64,000 bases of DNA from Eledone cirrhosa (Eukaryota): assembly GCA_964016885.1 (NCBI GenBank), contig OZ024745.1:63426001-63490000 (forward strand). Direction: 5' to 3'. Both the position numbers and the translations under genes were made by a program. The notes below the pieces were generated by a model. The model was not told the DNA's origin. It made no database searches and worked only from the letters and a program-made list of their open reading frames with translations. This document shows, piece after piece, positions 54,342-64,000 of the stretch. The stretch's first letter is position 1; each line of letters opens with the position of its first letter.

Positions 54342-55268
54342 CTATAATAATGATAATCTATAATAATGCCAATCTATAATAATGATAATGTTTTGAATAT
54401 TGCATCAAGCCTGAAATCAAGGGTGGAGTATAGTCGAAAGAATGTATCTTGTAAAATTCAAAAGCAACGTCTTTCCTCTCGGTCTTTGTACCTATATGTA
54501 ATGGAATATTAATAAACACAAGATACCTTGTCCGATGCTCACACGTTTTTCGAACAACAACACTTTTTAAGCACTGTCTTTTTACAGAAGAAACATTATC
54601 ATTACCAATAGTAGTAGTAGCTATAGTAGTAGCAGTCTCCTAAGTAACCATCTTTAAAATCATTTGTGATGAAAAGTACATCGAGTGAACGCAATTGACA
54701 TTTATGCATGAAATGAACATTGTGGATTCGATTAACCGCCAACAGTTGTAAGTAGTACAGCTGAATTCGCTTCAAAATTTTAACTCAATTGATTATCTAA
54801 CTCAGACGGCAAGTGACTAGAAAATATTTTGGTATTTCCGCATATATTTAGTACACTTGAATAGGTTTTGTAAAATAAGATTTTAAATATTCGTTTCATA
54901 TATAATAGAAGAATGTCATATATTTTGACTGGATGACGACTCACGCATCCTTACCATTTGATTGCGTAGTCATTCCTATTTTATATCTACTCGATAACCC
55001 ATATCAACATTTTACAGAGAAATACGATGCACAGACTGCTGAATATATCAGTGAAATCAACGAATGTCTCATACTGTTTAATTTTGAAACTAAATCATCA
55101 TCTTCATCATCACCATCATAATCAGTTATTATCTGATCTGCTAATTAGGAGGTGAATGACCTCCCAGTTTCTACTAATCGGTCCTGTTCTCACCACAATC
55201 ATTTATGTACCGATCACAAACATGTCGATCACAGCTTTATTCAAGTGTTATTATTTATTCGTGCCATT

Positions 55269-55454
55269 AGGGCGGTGGATTGGCAGTATCGGTAGAGGGT
55301 CGGACGCAATGCTTTCCAGCATAGTTACGTCCCTTTACGATCTGAGTTCAGTTTCCGCCGAGGTTGACTTTGCCTTTCATCCTTACGGGGTAGATAAAAT
55401 AAAGTACCAGTAATACACTGGGTAATTGCTGGCCTTGTGCCTAAAGTAGAAACA
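55269..55454 (+). mobile_element. SINE family 1, subfamily B
   Basis: TSD ATTATTTATTCGTGC at 55250-55264 and 55455-55469; diagnostic TTCCAGCATAGTTACGTCCCTTTACGATC. Confidence 0.95.
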
Positions 55455-56054
55455 ATTATTTATTCGTGCTATGATACTGTTCATTTTCTCTTTTTTTTAT
55501 ACGTTTGATAATGTTTTGTTTTTCCTAATTCTCTTATTCCTGTACAACTTTGTATGTTCTTCTTAAAGTGCATATTTCCACACATTTTCTGTTCTCAGAT
55601 TGACTTCCATAATTTTAAACCCCACTTCATGTCTGTTCTATATATTAATACCACTATGGTTCACTTGAAGCCTCAATGAATTCACCTGATTATTGATGTA
55701 TCTATAACGAGGGCACATCACCAAAGAGACTTCACACTTTAAGCGAAAACACTAATCCCAAAAGATGAGTAGGATAATATCACAGCCTCTTTTACAATAC
55801 GAAAGCGGCATTGACAATCTTAACTGGTATGAGTCGCTTTCTGAGGATATAAACCTCTTTTTAAATGCCAAGCAGGATCTAGAAAAAATGTTAAGTAAAT
55901 AGAACACTGAAAGCAACAAGTCGACATAGAAATAGAATATATTTTAAGTAAGACCTAACATTTAGAGACTCCTTGTTTAAGACCTTAACTCCTAATGGAG
56001 TTAATGGTTAAGGTTTCGCAAAAGGTCGGACGACCATCAAATTCAACCAGGTTA

Positions 56055-56066
56055 AGAGAGAGAGAG

Positions 56067-56132
<66 letters not shown>
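56055..56132. repeat. (GA)n microsatellite
   Basis: Direct inspection. Confidence 0.97.
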
Positions 56133-56135
<3 letters not shown>

Positions 56136-57950
56136 AGTACTTTAGAGAATCATACTCCATAAAGTCCAATAAAGTCCACGAGAGCAAAACCTCAAATCAA
56201 AAGGCAACATTCAATTTCATAACATCGACCTATGGGCCAATTAATATCCAAGCTGCATAAGATAAAAATAACAGCAAACTAGCATTTACTAAAGATGCTG
56301 TGTTCGTCCGGTCTTGAAATGTAATATTTAGTTAATCAGGATATTTATTTAATCCTAGATTAACTATCTAGATTATCGCAGTTGATGGGATATGAGCTGT
56401 ATTTCATTTGTTCATAATCGTATTTGAAGTACAAATGTAATATAATAAAAACTCTCGCAAGCCATTAGCTCCTTTCGGAGAGGTAGATATAAATACCTTC
56501 CTTAGGAATTATTGAAAATTTAGAAAGTATATAAAGAGTATATATATTATTGTTACTTTTCTTTATCAATATAAACTTCGGCAATGAGAATTAGAATGAG
56601 GGGAAGATAAAACGATGAGAAATAATCACCCCAACTGTATTCGATTAATTACTACGACTGAACTAAGTATGAACGGAAAGTAAAAATCAAAAAAATATGA
56701 TAGGATTTAAAAACAACTGTAGGAAGCAGCCTATGAGATAATGAAAAGAAACTTGTCTCTCGGTACCCAATTTCGTTGTCACTACATATATCAATCAATG
56801 TATATTTCATCAATAATCCCCATTGAACACCACCATTTAAATCCAAGACCTAAAAGCAAGGAATATATAACCGTATATAAATCCACATAATTCGTTGCAA
56901 AACAATATTTTTACAGCATATATTAATGCGAGCATTTATAAACTGCATTAAACGCTAAACATATATTGATGAATTGAGAAACTAGAAGCTATACACGTTT
57001 GAATTAAATGTTACACTAAACTACAAGGAAATGAAATAAGAAACGTTGAAAGATAATTTCTATAGATCTAAATATATTTGTAAACATCGTATGAGTATAA
57101 TTAATACAAAGGAAAGATTGAAACTTTAACATAGAATGGAATTAATGTCCTTAATCGCCCTTACTTTACTAATAACATTGCATGACATATTTTAGCAAAC
57201 ACTGCTTTAGGTGATTTGGGGTTAATTTAGGGAGCTCTTTATGAATATGAAATCCGTTTTGCCCCATCATGACATTTCGGTCTACAAGATACCCTATGTT
57301 TACTATATTTACAGAAAATGTGTCTAATATTGTGAACTTGCCATGTAATTTATTAGTGTGATAAACAATTAATCACAGTTAAGATAACTAATAATTTTCC
57401 GTTATTTTCTCATTTCACCTGTCAATACATGTTTGGCTCTGATGGCGGGACAGCATGGTATTTTGATGTTCGTTTTCCCAAGAGCATTAGCGTCACAATT
57501 GAAATAAATTGTGTTAAATGATAATGAAAATCAAGGAACACCAGGATTTCACTCTAAGACATTATTTCATCTTACAAGAAATCCTCGCCACTGTGCCAAA
57601 CAAACATACAAAAAAAAAAAACAAGGTAGAAACGCCAAGACTAAGGTGAATCAAATATTTGATAATCAACAAACTCATAATAAATTTCAACTTGATTTTG
57701 ACATGAAGCATGATATTGATTTTCTTTGATGATCCATGAATATATAATAAATTCAATGAAGTCTTCCTTTTGCAACATAAAATATTTCTTTCACATTTTT
57801 AATATGTAATTTATTTGTTTCATTTGTGAAAATCCTTTTCGTTATTCGTGATATCTGAGATCTTTTGACTTCAAGCATTTCATTTAAATAACCATAGAAC
57901 AAACATATGCTCATATTTATTTATATAAATACATATACACATATATATAC

Positions 57951-58055
<105 letters not shown>

Positions 58056-58075
58056 TTATATAAATAAATATGAGG

Positions 58076-58117
<42 letters not shown>

Positions 58118-59199
58118 TTATATAAATAAATATGAGGTTATATATATATATATATATATATATATACAAATAAACGTATGCATATATATATACAATGTAT
58201 TATAAAACGTTCAGAACCTCGTGAGAGAAATAAAATAACAAAGCGTTTAGAAATCAGAAAGAAGTATATAAAAGATGAAAAAAATGTTCTTTCAGTCGGA
58301 GATTTCAATTTCATTCAGTGAAAATTGAAGAAACATCTTCATGTTCAACTTAATTTTTTCTTTGATTTTTTTCATTCTTTACTATTATTATTGTGCGATT
58401 GCTTCCTCAAAACCGTATAATATTTGTATCACATCAACAATGGCATTAAAAGACAGTTTGGCGGCGTTTCTATTTTAAAATGAACCCAAATGACTGTTCA
58501 AAATATATTGTTGCTGTAATGATTTTGTTCGTGTTGGTGAGTGTAATAGCAGTGACTGTGGTCATGTTTTGTTGTTATTGCTCATGTTATGTATCACAAA
58601 TCAATATATTGCAGTTGCCTCTATAAGGTCAAAATGCAAACGAAATTCAATGGAAGTGTAGTTTTTACACAACTGGGGAAAAAGAACACAGAATTGTATT
58701 TCATTTTTTTTATCAGCAGAGAAATATATTTCTTCTCTAACAAAATGTCTTTCAGAAAACATTTTCAGTGGGTTTTCATATTTGAGACGATGGTTAGATA
58801 ATATTTCGTTATCTTCTAACCTTCTGCAGTTTATAACATAAAATGCTACTCAAGCCAATTATTTAGGTTGTTAAATTGATTAATCCTTCCCACAAATATC
58901 TTCCCTTGGGTGTATGTCAAAACTTAATATTTCTATTTACTACTTTATAGTATTGCCAAGACCTTCTCGGGATTTTGTTTCTCTCTAAGGTTCAAATATT
59001 TTATGATCTTACAGCTTTAAAATGGATCCGATTCGTTTGTTTCGCAGTAAATGTTAAAAGGAAAACGCTATATAATATCCGGGGGTGTTTTACGTTTGAT
59101 AATAATCCTGATATGGGATGGATTCTTCGAATATATATATATATATATATATATATATGGATAAAGGGGTATTCCCAACGCGAGAGGTTACGTCTGAAG

Positions 59200-61120
59200 T
59201 CTGACTTTCCCTTCACTCATCTTCCAAGGACCCGACGCGCTAACAGAAATGGGGCTCCGAGCCAACACCTAGCCAACAATGAAAAAAAACACTCCTGCTG
59301 CAGTAATGCCACTCCAGACTTTTCATGAAGGTATAAAAACAACAACAAAATCAGAAATGCAACCGAAAATTGAAACTACAACCATATCCAAGTGCAACCA
59401 CATCCGCAGTCAAAAACTGCTCCCTAAAGAAGAAAACTCTTTTTTACCCACGATGAACCTGGCAAAAGAGATACAAAAAACCTTCTAGCTACCACACAAC
59501 ACCATCCTATGCCATTATTCCAGTGCACCAACTCCCAACATTGCTGTCATTAACACACAAACACAAAACAAGCCTGTTGCAAAAGTCAAAACCAGCCACT
59601 ACTCATGCTTCACATTTCTACTCAATGAACAAGATGCCAGCCCTTCCATCCTTACACAAAAATGGAAGGTCCAATTCATTAAGGATTGGGTTAGTAACCA
59701 TCCACAACACAGCCATTTCTACATCCTTACTGAAACCCATCTCGACAATTCCCACTAGGAAGCTGAAGTGAAGTTGGCAAATTTTACAACCATCCACGCG
59801 GATCATGTCATCAGAAAGATTGGTTGAACTACCAATTCCCTGCATGATTCCTTTACAGCAGATGGAAATAATACATTCTCTAATGGCTACTGTGTATCAG
59901 TCACCGTGCACAAAATGTCAATGATTTGATAGTAGTTGGGCTCTATAGGCGACCACAAAGGCCCTTACTGCGCTTTAAAGAATGCCTCAACAGCATTAAG
60001 GTAACATACTTATGATGGGAGACTTTAATCTACCCTGTGTTGATTGGTCTACAAACAGTTTAAAATCAGGCACTTGCACCTCAACCGCTGACTGCAGCAG
60101 TAGAGTGACTTCTCGACTTTATGGACGAGGTTTTCTTGTCCCAACTTGTCCTTGCACCAACAAGATACCAGAAAAAAGTGTTTAACCTAGTGTTAGGTAA
60201 CCACACTAACACTATACATAATATTGCAGTGGAAAAAGCCTTCTCTCTGTAAGCTGAGATTCCACCAGTCGAAATCCAAACCCAATGACCTCACTCCAAC
60301 CAACTCATTTGAGAACATGGATCTTTATAATGCCAACCGGGGTGCAATAAGTAACGAGCTTTCAAATGTTGACTGATCTTTCACGCATGTACATATCTCC
60401 ACCATTATCAAAACATCTTGGCAGACTTTTGTAGAAACTGTCACAAGCATATGTGCAAAACACACCCAACCAAGATCTGTGAATAAAACTAAGTGCAGAA
60501 TTCCTCAAAACAGAAAAAAAAACTATTACCAAAGTATTAAGAAACTAAAATAATTGTTTCTACTTTAGGCACAAGGCCAGCAATTACCCAGTGCATTACT
60601 GGTACTTTATTTTATCGACCCCGTAAGGATGAAAGGCAAAGTCAACCTCAGCGGGATTTGAACTCAGATCGTAAAGGGACGTAACTATACTGGAAAGCAT
60701 GGCGTCCGACCCTCTACCGATACTGCCAATCCACCGCCCTAAAATAATGAAACTAAAATAATTGTTTCTACTTTAGGCACAAGGCCAGTAATTACCCAGT
60801 GCATTACTGGTACTTTATTTTATTGACCCCGTAAGGATGAAAGGCAAAGTCAACCTCGGCGGGATTTGAACTCGGATCGTAAAGGGACGTAACTATGCTG
60901 GAAAGCATGGCGTCCGACCCTCTACCGATACTGCCAATCCACCGCCCTAATGAAACTAAAATAATGCCAACAACAATGCACTCATTCGACTTATATCGCA
61001 CTGCTCGAAGAAAAACATATAACCTCCAACAATGCATGAAGACCATGATCAATAACCAAAGACCAGCTGAGAAGAAATTGGGCATTGAGAAAATCAAAAC
61101 TCAATGCCAAGTGTTCTTTC
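59200..61120 (+). mobile_element. CR1-like LINE: ORF1 end and APE endonuclease, decayed, interrupted by a SINE pair
   Basis: SLTETHLDNSH*EAEVKLANF, MGDFNLPCVDWS, DFMDEVFLSQLVLAPTR...NLVL, NMDLYNAN..AISNELSNVD. Confidence 0.75.
60555..60948 (-). mobile_element. Tandem pair of SINE family 1 subfamily B (60555-60740 and 60763-60948)
   Basis: Two near-identical copies; GAAACTAAAATAAT present at 60541, 60749 and 60952. Confidence 0.95.
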
Positions 61121-61194
61121 CATCCGGAAACAGTTCTGAATGGCGCCAGTTCGTGATTTAAACTCGGGAATTTAATATTCTCCGAGTGAGAAGA

Positions 61195-61275
61195 ACCCTC
61201 TGACGAAAGTCTTCTCAGTGGATTTCCGCATGGATTATCCATTTATTTTGAGACTTGAAACCGCGCGGTAAGGGT
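61195..61275 (+). ncRNA. Type I hammerhead ribozyme, fully canonical, extended helix II
   Basis: Helix I ACCCT/AGGGT; CTGACGA 61200-61206; helix II AAGTCT...AGACTT (38-nt insert); GAAA 61257-61260; palindromic CCGCGCGG; GTA triplet (after 61270). Confidence 0.9.
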
Positions 61276-61516
61276 AACTATAGTAGGTACTGTAAACTTT
61301 TTTAAATGTATTTTAAAACTTTTTCTCTAATTGCTAAACCTTGATTATATATGTTCTGGCTCGTTAATTTATTAACCTGCCATAGAACCACATTGGCATA
61401 CCGTTGGATAATACATGTGTCCCTATATGCATTTTTTGCATGTAGGAAAACATACTATATATATATTTATTTTTTTTGCATGTAGGAAAACATAATATAT
61501 ATATATATATATATTG

Positions 61517-61578
<62 letters not shown>

Positions 61579-61917
61579 TTTAACGCGTAACATATTATGG
61601 AAGTATAAACATCAGTTTTAAATCTACAACGAATAACTGATGAAAATCAAACCAATTATATATTGCCTCTCGAATGACTATGTTATTGATTTATCATATT
61701 CTTGTCTACTTCGTTTGTAATTTGTCAAGCACTTAGCTGACGTAGATTTTGGATTCCTATAATTATCTCTAACATAACAAGATGCTGCATCTTCATTAGG
61801 TACTTTGACAAGAAGTAACAGTGAAATGATCATACATAAACAACTATATGCGCATGGGTGTTTTTCCAATTCCATCTCGCCCGCCCCCTCAATCTATTTT
61901 ATTTCTCATTCTTTCTT

Positions 61918-61948
61918 CTGATGAAGGACTAGCGTCCGAAACGTTTCG
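61918..61948 (+). ncRNA. Minimal PLE-type hammerhead motif
   Basis: CTGATGA-A-GGAC-tagc-GTCC-GAAA-CG-TT; CGAAACGTTTCG is a 12-bp palindrome; same layout as 27721-27750. Confidence 0.75.
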
Positions 61949-62097
61949 ACCTTCTTCCTTCTATATGAAGTGTTAACCTAATATATACCATCCATATACT
62001 GTACCGATTGTGTTGTTATTTCTGTTTATCTTTTACATACACACACATATATATATATATATATATGGGTGGTGTATGTGTGTGAGTGTGTGTGTGC

Positions 62098-62166
<69 letters not shown>

Positions 62167-63295
62167 TGTGTGTCTACACACACACATATATATATATATA
62201 TCCAAAATTAAAATTAAGGGTTGTCATGTCTGAGAGACATGCGCCATATCCACTGTAGAATAAGCTCAAAGATTAGATCCGAGCATTACATATCAACTAG
62301 AAATAGATTGACATATATATATAAAATAAACACATGAAACAATCTCAGGGAATAATTTGTAAAGAATGTAAGCACACATAGCTAGGTAGGTAACTAATTA
62401 AAGTTTAACTAGAACTTCAAATATAGATACCTTTTAAATTGATTAATCTCCTTTGTATATATTTCTTTAAGTAAGAAATATATTTCACCTATTAATCTGT
62501 AAATCACAGCAGTTAAATTCTTGGATGTTCACCAAAGGAGAAGAAGATAACATTTTGCGTTTACAAAGCAAATGCAAATCTGTGAATGACTCGAACCACG
62601 TGTTGCATTTTTTTTAAAATACTCACATTGCCCAACGTCATCCCAGTGGCGTTTTATATATATGTGTTTATTTTATATATATGTCAATCTATTTCTAGTT
62701 GATATATATATACATATATATATATTTCGTAGTTTAATTGATACATATGTATTAAAATACCTTGCATATCCAAAGTGTTAATAACTTAGCATGGTAATAC
62801 CTACCATTTCTCAGGTAGAAGATAATTTTTGTTTCCTATACGACGGATTTCACGTTGCACGCCCTATTCTGCATGCCTTGAGCATTGACATGTCAGTGAT
62901 AGGCACTTTCATAAAAAATTATATCAATAATTAGTGCAAACCTATTTGTTTATGACGACTAGTAAATTTTGCCTACACCTGTTTTAACTTTTGGGAGAAA
63001 GTGGGTAACGCATGATTTACTCAAACTTGTTGTGGTCATAGAGAGTAAAGTTTGACTGTTCATAGTATTAAAAAATCTATTTAAAGGCGTTAGTGGCTAA
63101 GGCATTATTGTAATAAGTGGAGCTTTATCAAAGATATTTTTAGGGGCGGTTAGTTATGTTAGCTTTTGTTAGTAATGAAATATTCTTAAACTATTGGTGA
63201 GCGCAAAAATGCCTATTAATATATATTTTAACTTCTCAACAGCTTTATGAAAAACAAGTATACATTATCTTTTAGATTTAGTGTGATGACTATAA

Positions 63296-63530
63296 AGCTT
63301 TGATACTTTGATAGCTTTCCGTCAGTATTGCCCCAGGCCATGTCCAACGTAATAGCACCACCTGGCGAAGTCTTTCAAATCAAAATTCACACTTCAGTCA
63401 TGCTTTGGTTCCTCTTGGCCCACGTTGTAGAGAGACACCGCCTTTGGAGACATATCCGGGTGGACAAGGTTTGTCCGGAATTTCTTGGTGGAATTTGTCC
63501 AAAGACATTTTGAATTTTATAGGATCTCTT
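63296..63530 (-). mobile_element. CR1 LINE 3' terminus
   Basis: Minus translation DPIKFKMSLDKFHQEIPDKPCPPGY (cf. FK..LD.FL..IPD.P..PGY), then a short UTR and a repeated AAAG(C)TATC tail. Confidence 0.65.
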
Positions 63531-64000
63531 GGTTTTTTTTTTTAAGTATTCACTAAAATTCAGTGAAATTCTCTGAAAGAACCGTGTTATAAATCAATGC
63601 TAAAATTTAGAAACTTACTAGTTTAATTTGTCCAGAAAATACAAGCCGAGCAGGTCACATGTATTTGCCATGAAATGATGTTATACTATCGACAAATAGT
63701 ATTACGGTTCATTTTCTTTTTTTTTTTTTTTTTTTTTGCTACCCAGGCAGGGTTTGTACTGCAAAAATAAGATTGTTTTTGCGATCAAAAATTATTTCTC
63801 ATTCAATTCCATTAATTTTTCCGTATTACTAGGTGAAATCAATATCTTTATCTTGAAGAGATCTGGATATTGTGTGAATAAAACTCCACAACATCGACTT
63901 GGGTAGATTTGGGTCTATTCTTACATTTAATGTTTCTAAATTACCTTAATACGATGTCACTCTGAGACCCTTATTATAAACAAGTCTTATTTCTAATAGT

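Noticed and set aside
57415-57500. Possible minus-strand first coding exon (MLSRHQSQTCID, then AG|GTGAAA)
   Set aside because: Short, with a weak donor and no partner exons or homology evidence.

Overview
Eukaryotic, AT-rich, repeat-dominated intergenic or intronic DNA, most likely from an octopod cephalopod (inferred from SINE/LINE families and extreme (TA)n density). I found no intact host protein-coding gene, and most predicted ORFs are microsatellite artefacts. The window is a mosaic of decayed mobile elements: Penelope-like elements (PLEs; RT plus GIY-YIG, one with inverted pLTRs), two head-to-tail R4/Dong-type LINEs bounded by (CATA)n, CR1, RTE and L1/Tx1 fragments, a probable BEL/Pao remnant, a Chapaev-type DNA transposon with TIRs and TSD, a hAT-like 5' end, a foldback MITE and nine copies of one tRNA-derived SINE. 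The main signal is an unusually dense set of type I hammerhead ribozyme (HHR) motifs: nine main loci plus several degenerate ones, from several unrelated sequence families. Each has a palindromic helix III, and most sit in short non-coding inverted or tandem repeats embedded in (TA)n. One locus (24808-25861) has two tandem HHRs exactly 423 nt apart, a retrozyme-like arrangement. All assignments come from reading the sequence by eye; no searches or folding programs were run.
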